Shown here: piece by piece, positions 1 through 11,916 of the stretch
Layout of the letters: each line of letters opens with the position of its first letter
Position numbering within the stretch: position 1 is the stretch's first letter
Assembly: GCA_040954595.2 (NCBI GenBank)
Contig: CM082597.2
Location: forward strand, 3,210,265 to 3,274,264
DNA: 64,000 nt
Source of the DNA: Balanoglossus misakiensis
Lineage: Eukaryota > Animalia > Hemichordata
Reading direction: 5' to 3'
Program-made: the position numbers and the translations under genes
Notes under the pieces: model-generated
The model's input: only the letters and a program-made list of their open reading frames with translations
The model's database searches: none
Told to the model about the DNA's origin: nothing

Positions 1-3000
1 ATTACAGAGTCGCTTTAATGGCAGATAAATCTCCAATTCCAGAGATTGTTCTCGATCTGATATGTGTGTTAGAGAGCAGGGCATCCCTGCACTTGTTACA
101 TCCCCAGCTCTGATATCTTGTCCATCGCAATAATTTAGACAACCGAGACTGTCAACCATCATCGTCACAAGCTGCAATGTTTATGGCCTCTCGTGTCGTC
201 TGCTTTCTTAATGACAGCATATTTTCAGGTGAATGGTGTTAGCAATACCTGTAAGAAACCAACACATTGCGATTATAGCGATTGAACAATATTTGTCAAG
301 GGTTGGTGAAGGATCTGTGTGTGGGTCTCTGTCTCGCTCCGTTCGCCCACCTGTCTGCCTGTCTGTCTGTCTGTATGTGCATCTAGCTACTAGTCAGCCA
401 GCCAGCCAGCCAGTCATCTAGCTTACTATATATGTCCGTCCGTTCGCAAGGCTCACCCATGGACTCATATTCACCAACGTACGTATGCGTATATGCACCT
501 GTATCTATGTGAGTGAAAATACATCATAGATATTCCATATTTGATCTGTGACCTCATCCCCATAAATAATACGGCAGGCCATTAAATAGATGTTCCTTGT
601 GTACGCTATCTCTTGAAACATGGTTTAACAGTCCACTCTAATCCCTTGAGAACGCTTGTAAAGCAGCAGCTATCACTTGACATACTGCACACTAATTTTA
701 TTGATATTGATTTCGCGAAGCTTGAAGGTCTATGCAATAGTATGTATGTAGGCCTATGTATGTATATGTATGAAAGCCAGAAATCTAGAATATAATATAA
801 GGAAATTAAGATGCCAATCTGTATCGTCAAAAATGAGATTTCTGAAGACTTTCTTGTCCTTAAGTCTCAGAAACAGAGCTGGGCAACCAGTCGTACTGAA
901 CAGGGATCAATAATTATATTTTTTCCCTAAAATACTTGTTCGAACTTCCTCGCCGTTTGCCATCAGATTCACAACCACCGTAAAATAAAACGACGACCCC
1001 TCGATTGAGATAACTGCGACCGATAATAAGAAATTCGATTTAGCAGAATTTTATCTATAGTCTGATTGGATTAATTCCGATCAAGCTAAGATAAAGCACA
1101 CGTAAGTGGTGAACGTGATATAATAGCCTTTAGTTAGATGGGAGATAAACGTGTTTTGCTCAGAAACGGAGATTATGTACTGTCATGGGTACACACATAA
1201 TTGTTATACGAAATTCTAACCTTTCCTTTGCGAAGAATCTTCTGCCATTTCGCCAAACAAACAGGCAACATCCCCCAACGCCCTGTCTTCTTAGCCACGA
1301 ATATCACTTTTCATTTGAGTATCTGAGTATCATTCAGCACGATCTTAAGTCTTCGTGTGTCTCGCTGACACGTCACAAACCGGACGTCACGCGTCAAGTC
1401 ACGACTTCACCCGTTTTCTGCCTAATCGATTTTACTATCTAATGAGCAATGTTATATCCATGTATAATAATGACACGCAGAGAGAAGCTATTCCTCACAG
1501 CTAATGTACAGTCACCATTTACCGTTTCTTTTTAGCTTTGATCACTTTGGAATGTTTTCAATACTGGGGAATGCAAGTTATTCGAGGCAAGCCGAAGTCG
1601 TTTACACAAACTAAGCCATCGTTGATGATAATAACAACAAAACCAATGCAAGGCAGGGTCCAAGACTTCTGCAAGCCTCCGCCATACCTTGAATAATACA
1701 TAATGATGACAGAGAGACAGTTATGGTCGCCTAATAGTTGTCAGAGTAATCAACGCTGAGTGATTTCTTGCAATATCCGCTGACTAATCGCCCGAAGACA
1801 GTGATTACCGGCCGCGTGCGTCGAAGTTTAAAGTCATTTACGAAGAGCCCGCCACTTAACAAGCGACTAACACTTATTTCTGCCCATTCGCCGTCTGAAA
1901 ACAAATTATGTCTAAAAATCCGCCGGCCATGCGGATAAATTTCATGATTAGTCTGATAGTAAGCAATTTGTCAAAAATCTTCTATTGCCGAAGTCTTATC
2001 TTGCTATTGCCTTTTGCTAGCCACTAACCAGAAACGGATATCTGATGAAATAGCGTTCGTGTATAACACGTTTTCCTTTGAGGTACTTGTACTGATGCAG
2101 ATTAGCAGTGTTACATGTACAGGGGTGTCATTTTGCCCTTGTCACTGTCTTACGTTGCACACACGGGTTGGCATTTATTAACAGCTTAGCTGACGTGTAG
2201 ACGGTCCATAACCTCTGGTTATAGTCCTACCTTATACGACTGAAAACAAAGATTCCCACTTACTCTTAGATACTGTAGCATAATAGACACTTCACGCGCC
2301 TTTCATGTATGTCTCTCACACCATCCTTTTCCGGTCACGACATTGTTGATGATGTCGTCGAGTAACACTTTTTGCTGCTTAACAATTAATGCACGTTTAG
2401 GTTGACTATATAAAAAATTAAAGCCTATATGTCTAGTCTTTTCTGAATTTTGTTCGGTTAATTTCTTTTGAGGGAGTAAAATTCTCAACTAATATCTTAC
2501 CTTCTGTTGTTGAATCTGATAACGGTACGAAGAATTTGTTTGGTCATTCTCCTGTAGACACAGCAGACGATAACCGTTAGATCAACGCAGGAGAAGTCAG
2601 ACCTGTCCTTGAAGAAAGCCCGCCGACTTGAATTATTCCGACTGCAGTTTGTTGCGTTGTATATGCTTTTCACGGATTAGTGTCAGTAGATTTCTCCGGC
2701 AAATACTCGCTTGTTAGCTTCACATCGGATAATCTGGGTTGCACTGTTGCTCGGAGACGCGAAACCAGATCTGTCCGCCCGTCGCCTGTGTTTGTAGAAT
2801 AATAACATTTGTACCAGACCACGCCCTCTGATGACGTACCGGGGCTTTACAGATTTGTCTTTGTCCGCTCTGTGACACTGATCAGATTTTGATGACATAA
2901 ACCCATTTGTTGCGATTTGGGAAGCAGTCGGCAACGTTTTGTTTGCATGCTGTGATGCCGAGCTGGATGCTTCAGTGATGTGTATGTTCCGTAAGCTGTT

Positions 3001-4439
3001 AAGATTCGACCTCAGTGGAAAAGAAACTGAAGACGTGACACTCGCCACGGATTCACCATGATGAGAATTTGTGTCAACCAACAATATCTCTCTCTACATA
3101 TGCATTGCCATGGCAACTGCCTCCTTGCCTGCAAGGCATCTATCCATCTAACAAACGTGCACCCGCACTCGAGAATGATTTTTTTTTCTCTGTGAGTAAG
3201 CACACAATCAGAACGTGATTTCTGTAAAATTCGTGTGCTAAATTCCACGCCGAAAACTGTACAGGTCAACACATATATTTTTCGAGATTGGCTCGCGGAC
3301 GTAGAAAAGATTACTCGACTCGCAGAAATGGATAATGCGGTACAATTTATATTCTGGTGTGCAAAACCGGTGCGATTCACCGCGGGGGAACACGCCTACA
3401 TTCCAAGCTTGAACGCCCAGGTTCAGTTGTATTTCCCGGGGGAACGAATCATATTTGTACCAAACACCAGCTGGGACTTTCTATCTACATGTACTACTGT
3501 ATGAAAGACAATGCGTATAACGCCAAGGTCGTGCACGCAGATTTGTTTTCTTTTTCCTCATCAGAAGATCAAAAAGAGTTCCCTTGAATAACTTCGTAAG
3601 TTGTATTTGCTTGGGAGTACCATCGAAGAGCCCCATCTAGTCCCAGCTGTTGAATGAGTTAAATACTTTTACCATACACCAAGTTGTTGCAAAACTGATA
3701 TAGCAGTTAAGATATTCAAAATATCGGTTTTCGTTTGATATGGGATATACATTAAAACCGTTTTTTTATCAATTATTCAGATAGCCCTGTTATTTCAATG
3801 CTTAAGATCTCCTATTAACGACCACTATGCACTCCTTGTCTATCTCTCCGCGTGTGTCACTGCGTATCAAAAAAAAAAACATTGGTCAAAAGCACGCTGG
3901 AAATTTATCACCAAATACTATATGCTATTCCAGTAGAATGGTGGTTAGATGTGAACGCCCTTCGGATAAAGACGGGAGTCACGATTTCTCACGGGCGCGA
4001 GGGGAAGAGAACTTCAGCCGAGCACTCAAGTATAAAGAAAACGTGATCACGAGGATAGAAAACAGATAGTTATCGCTAGACGGATTTATCAACCATGCAC
4101 GATCGTTCGTTGCCATGGTATTCTGCCTTCCTCAATCCATTCCGCATCAAATGCCCGCTCCTGATTACTCGCGAGCAAAAGACTCCCATTATGTTTATAC
4201 CAAGTGATCTCAAATGTATCGAGATAATTCAGTCACTGTGATGTACCACATGGCCTAAAGCTCCCCAAGTTGGACGGCACAGTCGCTCACTTTCGACACA
4301 ATAATTATAATTTTTGATAGCTTTGTATATGCTGTTCTGTTCACTGAAATAAGCTCTTTAACTGTTTGTCACAACACAAGAAACCATTCTAAGAATTATC
4401 TCTAATTTCAGGGATTTGTGGATGAATTGCAATGTTTAT

Positions 4440-4681
4440 AAACAAACAAACGCAGCGCGACGACCGCTCCGCTCCCAGCCAGACTCTAGTGCGTGTCGGC
4501 CTCGGGGCGCGAGGGCAGTGGTACTTTTATTATGCAAATAGAGTACACATAAGACCTCAATGGGAAATATTCATTAGTGGCGAAGGGAGACTTGTTTGAC
4601 TCACTGACTTTCAGTGCCATCGTGTTTTCGGAGTTCACACTTTCATCGGTGTTGACGATGACGTTTACATGTAGTTAGACG
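4440..4681 (+). promoter_or_regulatory. Candidate promoter and non-coding first exon of TRPC-A
   Basis: CpG/GC-rich patch at 4450-4515, octamer ATGCAAAT at 4532-4539, and a consensus donor cg|gtaagt after 4681. The first coding exon has an acceptor at 5975 upstream of its ATG, so an upstream exon is implied. Which exon it is remains an inference. Confidence 0.3.
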
Positions 4682-5755
4682 GTAAGTTTTATACACACAA
4701 TAATCAGATGGACCACAGCATGAAGTGTACTTATGTGTATAAGTTATAACTTCGTCACTTTCGCCACTGTCTCGTCCTTTGAATGGGTGTGTTTTGGCAT
4801 GGTTTGGTAGCTCCATGGTTTTGGTCAGCTGCCAGAGGATCTCTCAGCAATCGACAGTCAGTGAGTCAACCTCCAGAGAACAAATATATGCCATTCACAG
4901 CTCATCGTCCTGGCTCATATTTTAGATTAATGTAGAAATCTTTCTCGAGTCATGGAAGGTAAATGCCACCCCCACCCACACTTAGTGATTACGTAAGGCA
5001 TTGTGAAGGATGGCCAGATCTTTTGTATGACGCACTCCGCTCTGTTCCCTCTGAAGTCAGAGAAATGCATGTTGACAACAGTGACATCAGAGTATTTGTG
5101 TTTTTTTCAGACATGTTTATTTATCACTTCAAACAGAGCAGCTAGCAAAATGCTCCTGTATCAAACTTCGCACACATATGTCCTTGTGCGAGATAGCTGC
5201 AGTGGTTGCAACCGGTGCTGCCAGGTTGTCTGTCGTTCGCTACAAATGTTGCGAACACCAGTCAATCCAGGAACAACCGCTACAATATCATTGCAGCTAT
5301 GTGCGATACAGTCCTACAATAATTAAGCCGTGTTTGTTTGTGCAAATCTTCGAAACAATGGGCATGGCCGACACAAAGGGCATATTCAATAGTTACGCTT
5401 CAGCAATTATTTGGAGTATGTGTTATAACTCGCCACATTCAAAGGAATTACACATGGCATGACAGTCGGGGGCCAAAGGTGGACACGCGGAGGTGGTTCT
5501 TTACTGCCAACCAAGTATCTGCCACAAATCGCTAGCTCAAAACATGGAGATCAAGTACGGTACAGCAAACGAACGTCCACCAATGACGAATGAGTCAGCT
5601 GACCCTGAATTATAGAGAACACTTTCATCTGTCCACGTCAAACCCGGCGCTTTACAAATACTGACTCATCGACTCGTGCACAGTACCGTGACGAAACCGT
5701 TTGGAGAACAAGTTCCTCACATAGAGTAACATGCATTTAGTGTGCCAAATCCTTG

Positions 5756-5901
5756 AAGTCAAACCTGTGTATAGTTGCCTCTGTATAGTGGCCACTTTGT
5801 TATAGTCCCTGCGTGATGAACGTGTCTAAAGACCACCTGTCTATAGATAAAGGCAAGTTTAGTAAATTCCGTTGACTGGCCATGGTATACAGGTTTTACT
5901 G
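5756..5901. mobile_element. Degenerate MITE-like element (Tc1/mariner-type termini) upstream of TRPC-A first coding exon
   Basis: Left end agtcaaacctgtgta (5757-5771) and right end tatacaggttttact (5886-5900) are imperfect inverted repeats. Internal acctgt(g/c)tatag motif recurs. No intact TSD, no ORF. Confidence 0.5.
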
Positions 5902-5999
5902 TCATTATTTCGCTGACCCCTGGTTCTTATCTACAGCTCAGAAAATACTCACCACTCTGTTCACGTTTGCTTCAGACAAACGGACAACGAGAATCTCTA

Positions 6000-8900
6000 A
6001 TGGCAGACATCCACGAGACACTGAAGAATTTCTACCTGCAGGCGGTTGAAGATGGCGATGCAGAGGCGGTTGGGTACGCCTTGCAGAACAGACAGCTCTT
6101 CGATGTGAACGGGAGAGACTACAAGGGGAGATCGGCGCTCATTCTGGCCATAAACGGTGATTCTTATGGTGAGTTTTCGGTGCTAGGACGCTGCACTCTT
6201 TCTTCAAGGTAGAATAATGCTAAACTTGGGGGTATTTTGTTGAGCTTAGAACATGAATATTGTTCCCCTCCATGCGTGTTCACACACTGTCTTTAGAAGT
6301 GGTTGATTTTACCAGCCCACACCATCTGTATAGACAGACAAGAGCTGACTATATGTTACATACCATGCCCATGCTGATGTTGTGATGTTTTGTATTTTGC
6401 GCTAAATGTATGACAGAAATCCTCCGAACCCTCTTGCGTCACGGGGTCAGCATTTCCGATGCCTTCTTGTACGCCATCGACGAGGGCAAATACGAAGCTG
6501 TCAAGGTATTCTGTCAGTTTGCACTCTCGTTGAAGGTAAGCTAGAACTTCTTATTGTGTGTGGGTGCATTGTTTGAGTGAAGTCCTAAATACTGGCTGTA
6601 TGATATTTGTACAGCTCATCAATTCTCTCCACACGTTCTTTGTAAACGTAGCCTCTATGATACATAGCCCTACACCCCTTTCCTTATTTTGATTTCTGTA
6701 GCAATCAAAAAGCATTGATTTATTGAACACCGGAAGTGACAATGAGGAGCCGTGTATCACCCCTCTGGTCAAAGCAGGCCAGTGCAACGACTATCACATC
6801 ACTAAGGTATGTGTCATTACCTGGTTATAGTCACAGTCCTTGTGTTAAAATGTACTGCAGGCCGCGCTGTGATGAGTGATAAAGTCAGCTATGTGCCAAT
6901 CACGATATTGCTTGCATTGTGGACAAAATGGCCGCTGTATGACGTCACATGAATTGACAAGATGGCCGCTCTTTCACCGATTGTACAACCTCGTTTATGT
7001 ACTACTTTAATCTGTTGTCTTCCAGTTGTTGCTGCAGTATGGAGCTGTCATGCCTGATCCAGAAAGATTAATTTCTGGCTCTGAAACGTCCTTGGAGATG
7101 TCACTATCCAAATTACACATCTACCAAGCTGTTGCCAGTGAATCCTACATCTCATTAACATCCGAAGATCCCATTGGTCATGCTTTTCAAGTAGGCATTT
7201 ATTGAAATAATGGTCATCCTCTCCTAGTTGAAATACGCCTGTCTTGTGGACTGTTATCAAGGCCACTAAAAGCAGCTGGTTTAAATTTTCATGTTTGGCC
7301 ACGAATAATATTGATTGCAATGTCTACTTTTGTTAACCTTGCAGCTCAGTGTCCGCCTACGACATCTCAGCTTAGAAGAATATGAATTTAAGCAGGAATA
7401 CACAGAACTTTCCAATAAATGTGAACAGTTCGCCGCCGACCTGCTTTCACAGACACGTGACAAGGCCGAAATCACCGCCATCTTGACGCACGATTCTAGT
7501 AAACATGAGAGCAGTAAGCACCCTCAGGATGTTTATCGTGCCATGGAGGCTGTGTTCCTCTATCAAAAGAAGGTTTGTTTGTGTTTTAATTTCCATATAA
7601 GATACCGTACGTATAGCCATATATGGTCATACTGGCATGTGTAGTCTTCTAATGCTTATGTCATGGTGGACTTGTTTCGCGTTGCCACAAATATTAAGGA
7701 GATATGTGATTGGCTATACCGGTAGATATCTACTGTCCGCGCATGGTAACTATGGCTACGGTTGCATGGGTGACTGTATAGATGTACATCTTTCAATCAA
7801 ACTGCAAGGAAATGGCACAATGTGGCAGACTTTTCCGCAGTATACTATAGTAAAAGCGAAAGGGCGATAACTAATGTGTGCCTGTATCATCTTTTTACTT
7901 CCTCAGTTCATCGCACATGCGCACTGTCAGCAGTTTCTGATTGGAGAGTGGTACAAAGAGCTGAAGAACAAGATCGATAACAACCAAATTGTTCTTGGTC
8001 TGACGTCACTGCTCATAGCGATCAGTTATCCAATTCTCTCAATCCTGTATATGATATTCCCAAAAGGGAAATTGGCAAAATTCCTCCGTATTCCGTAAGT
8101 GCATGAATTGTTCAGTCACGATTATTGTGCTGTATTGAACCGTTTGGGTTTGTGTTAGCAACTGGACATATAGATGCAGTTTTTGACCTACAGTTTACTT
8201 TGGAATGTGGAAGAGCCTCATATGTTTTTATATATCTGTATATATCCGTCTATTTCTTTGTTTGTTTACCTCGCAGATTCGTCAAATTTGTCATACACGC
8301 TGCCTCGTACCTGACATTCTTGATACTGTTGCTCATGACGACCACGCATGTCAAGTTCTCGGTTGGCTACTGCACGTCGGAGTTTACTCAGAGAAACGAC
8401 ATCATCCGGTGTCTGAAGCAGGGAGCCCTGATCCAACAGGAACGTGGGCCACCCCCTACAATCATAGAGTGGTTTATTGTTGTATGGATTGTTGGTGAGT
8501 CTGGGTCGACTTCTGTTTTTTTCATGTGTATATTTATTACATTGTTGACAAGTGCTTAATATATTGTGCGCTTATAATAAGAAATATGTTTTAGGTGACT
8601 GCTTAGGCGATCAGGCAAAACCTCCATACATTTGTTAGTTGCATGGTTATCATTTACACAAACTATTTTCTTCCCAGGATTTACATGGAGAGAAATCAAA
8701 GAATTGTGGAAAAATGGAGTCAGTGCGTATCTCAGGGATGCCTACAACCTGATGGACTGGTGCCAGTTATGTTTGTATTGGTGCGTGATTGGTGTCCGTA
8801 TCGTGGCTTACTTGCAAATAAATGTACTTGAGGTGAGCCACCTGTGGATGTATAGAAACATCTAGCATTCAGGGTCATTCTGCTAGCGTTGTATACAACT

Positions 8901-11863
8901 ACAGCTAGGTTTCAATTAAGCAGTGAGTTTGAACTATCATCAAAACTTAGGTCAGGCCTTATGCCTTCCTGATGCATAAATTTAGTGCAAGGGGAAAATA
9001 CGATTAATACTTAGAAATTTAAGTAAGTATATGCTCATTCAAATTTGTTTCCATAGCAATATCTACGCGGATGCGCCATTGATATCAATTGTACTAGGCC
9101 AAAAATCGTGTAACAAATTCTTTTCAGTCCGAAAATATTAGCCGGACAATTTGCATCGTCAAACCCCTATTACAAAGTTTGGCTGTTTCCTCTGATATGT
9201 CTCGCTAATTAATGATGTCTTCTTCAGATGTCTAACAGCCAGACAACACAACCACCACCCCCAAGCAAGCGTGATGTCTCCGGACAAAACTCGTCGGCTT
9301 TATACCAGGACGAACAACTGAACCAACTGGCGCGGATGATCATAGAGAATCTCACGGCCGCCATTGTATCAGGCAACGACAACACCGAAGACGCGGTCAA
9401 CCGACTGAGCGACATGGTGACAGGTTTGCTGGGTTCAGGCGGCGGGACAACTGCACAGCCCAGCGCAGGAAACATTGATGATTCGTCCTTCGATGACGAC
9501 TGGTGGGCTGACGCTTCCTGGTACGATGCGTACGAATCCGACGACGCTTTCAACACGATGCGAACCAGCTGGGATGAGTGGGACCCCACTCTCCTAGCCG
9601 ACTGTATATTCGCCGTGGCAAACATCATCAGCGTTCTCCGCATACTCAGACTTGTTGTCATCGACCGTCACGTCGGACCGATGCAGATCTCCATGACCAA
9701 GATGATCGTTGATATCATGAAGTTCTTCTTCATTTTCGGCTGGATATGGGTCGCATTCTCGCTCGGCATAACGCAGGTTTACTGGGCATATAATGCCCAG
9801 GACGTATTAGACTGCTACTCACAGCCAAACACAACAAACTGTAATAGTGCACCTTTCTCCAGGTAAACTTTGTGGCCAATCCTGGTTTCATTTTCTATTC
9901 CTAATAGATTAATTGAGCAATGTATGTCTTACAGAGTTAAAACAAGAAACCACATTTGTTACTTAAGACAAAGACACTGCGAAAATAGCCAGTAGTTTGA
10001 GTTACTGGTCCTTTAACAAAATCGTTCGTGACGGGTAATGACGTAACTTGTTTTCTTTTCTTAACAAATAGTGTTAGTGCTAGTATGAACACACTCTTGT
10101 GGTCAATGTTCGACCTGATGTCTCTCGATAACCTGGACACCACGGCTAATCATTCGTCGACTGAGGGTTTCGGGGCGTTCATTTATGCCATGTATATGAT
10201 AATTGGCTTCACCGTTCTACTGAATTTGCTGATAGCAGTAATGAGCAACACCTACACGAAGATCGAGGTAAGGTTGTTCTGAGACATTTGAGTCCACCAA
10301 CTTGTATAACCACAGGGCGGACCATGTCATGTCATGCATTTTCCTGATCGAAAACAATATGCAAATTCATTCTTAGTGTATTCTGCTCTTAACATACCAC
10401 AACCGCGACTCCATTGTAGGAAAATTCAGATATGGAATGGAAGTTCTACAGAGCAGAGATCTGGGTCAGCTATTTCGAGAATGGTGCAACACTGCCAGTG
10501 CCCTTCAACATCATCCCCACCCCCAAGTCACTCTTCTACCTACTGAAGCATGTCGTCTGCTGTTACGCCTGCAGAAGTCCACCAACGGTATGTGTATTTT
10601 CATGACTGCTTTATGCATGTACAACCGTATCACACAGCAGAAACTGTAGTACCAGGCGTAAACATGTTGGTCAATATAAAAAGTCGGTTGGCAGACAAGT
10701 GGTACACGAGAGGATAATTTTGGGAACGTATATTATCTTCACGCGTTCTTGCTGCATTTGATAAATTGTTATACTTTGTGTCGTTTACGATGGAACATGT
10801 GTTGTTCGTCCTCTGTCACGTGAGAATGCCCTCTCATATAATTGACTAGCCACTGGAGTTCGGAAAATGGTCTATTTAATATTTAGATATAACTTTATTT
10901 TTATTTCAGAGGAAGTCCTTCAGGCAAAGTATTTCAAAAAAGAGAGCGCGCAATCGGCAATACCAAGTGAGTACTTATTCAGGCATTCCAACTTTCTTAT
11001 GTTCTGGACAACATATCCAAGTAAATATTCATCAGACATGGCCACTTCTTACAAGTGTTTTCGTTTTCCTTGGGGTTATATTGGCCAAGTAAGTCAACAG
11101 ACCTTTCTCAATATGCTGGGGGAAGGGCCAGACGTGTGAGTCACCATACCTTTTGAACACACAAAATCCAACTGACCTGTTTGATGTCCATACAGGCCGT
11201 GGTCAGTCGGCTCGTTCATCGCCATTTTGCAAGCAAGAGCGCCGACCAGGATGACGACAACGTTCCCGCCAAAGTGTCCGATTTCAAGGAATTCAAAGAG
11301 GAGACCATTAACTACAGGTACCAGTCATCGACCTAGCGAATATTTTATTTATTTATTTATTTACACTGTTAACGAACGTCCGAATTACCCATTGAGTTAT
11401 AGTCAACGGGGTTTATTATTTATTTATTAGGAATGAGATATTCCGCCTCACCGAGAATCTGATGGAAAGGATGCAGGGAATTGAACGTGCTTTGATTCAG
11501 TCAGCATCATCTGGCAACAACGTCGCGCTGCAGGAGGCTTTGCTCGCTGTAGGTGCCGACGTTACCCGCCGATCTTCAAAGAATACCAAGGGGAAGATGG
11601 TGGAAGAAGTTCACAGATATCACTCGATCATGCAACGCGCCGTCGCCGAGACCGACGCGCTGGGCAACCCTGTGGCAGCGCCATCCGTGCCGGTGTTCAA
11701 CAAGGAGTCCAGGCGGGGCTTCAGGCAGCGGCGCGAGGCAGACGCCCGCGATCGTGGGCCGTACGGACATAGAAACGGCGTTGCCAATCCCGCGTTTGAG
11801 GGTGAATATGTGCCCATGCGCAGGTCAGATATTCCCATGACGACGGCAATGCCGCGACGGTGA
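6000..11863 (+). CDS. TRPC-family (short transient receptor potential) cation channel, paralog A; 14 coding exons, ~985 aa
   Basis: Exons 6000-6168, 6417-6535, 6702-6806, 7026-7190, 7345-7572, 7907-8094, 8277-8494, 8678-8832, 9228-9862, 10072-10267, 10420-10587, 10910-10966, 11196-11317, 11431-11863. All are GT-AG bounded and splice in frame (2958 nt). Motifs: ankyrin repeats ([17 protein letters not shown]), [41 protein letters not shown], pore LLWSMFD, S6 [17 protein letters not shown] box [26 protein letters not shown] at 12215-12220. Confidence 0.93.
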
Positions 11864-11916
11864 TGACGATGAAGATAATAACGATAATGATGATAGTGAT
11901 GGTGGTCGTGGTGGTG
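11862..11916. repeat. Imperfect (GAT/AAT/GGT)n trinucleotide repeat directly after the TRPC-A stop
   Basis: tgatgacgatgaagataataacgataatgatgatagtgatggtggtcgtggtggt. Confidence 0.7.

Noticed and set aside
1-250. Possible 5' exon of a minus-strand gene leaving the window (acceptor near 250, MDKISELGCNKC.., upstream donor near 2500)
   Set aside because: No homology recognisable and the frame meets a stop or weak donor at the window edge; cannot be supported.
2683-3587. Overlapping 76-133 aa ORFs upstream of TRPC-A
   Set aside because: No recognisable motifs, non-ATG starts and no consistent exon chain.
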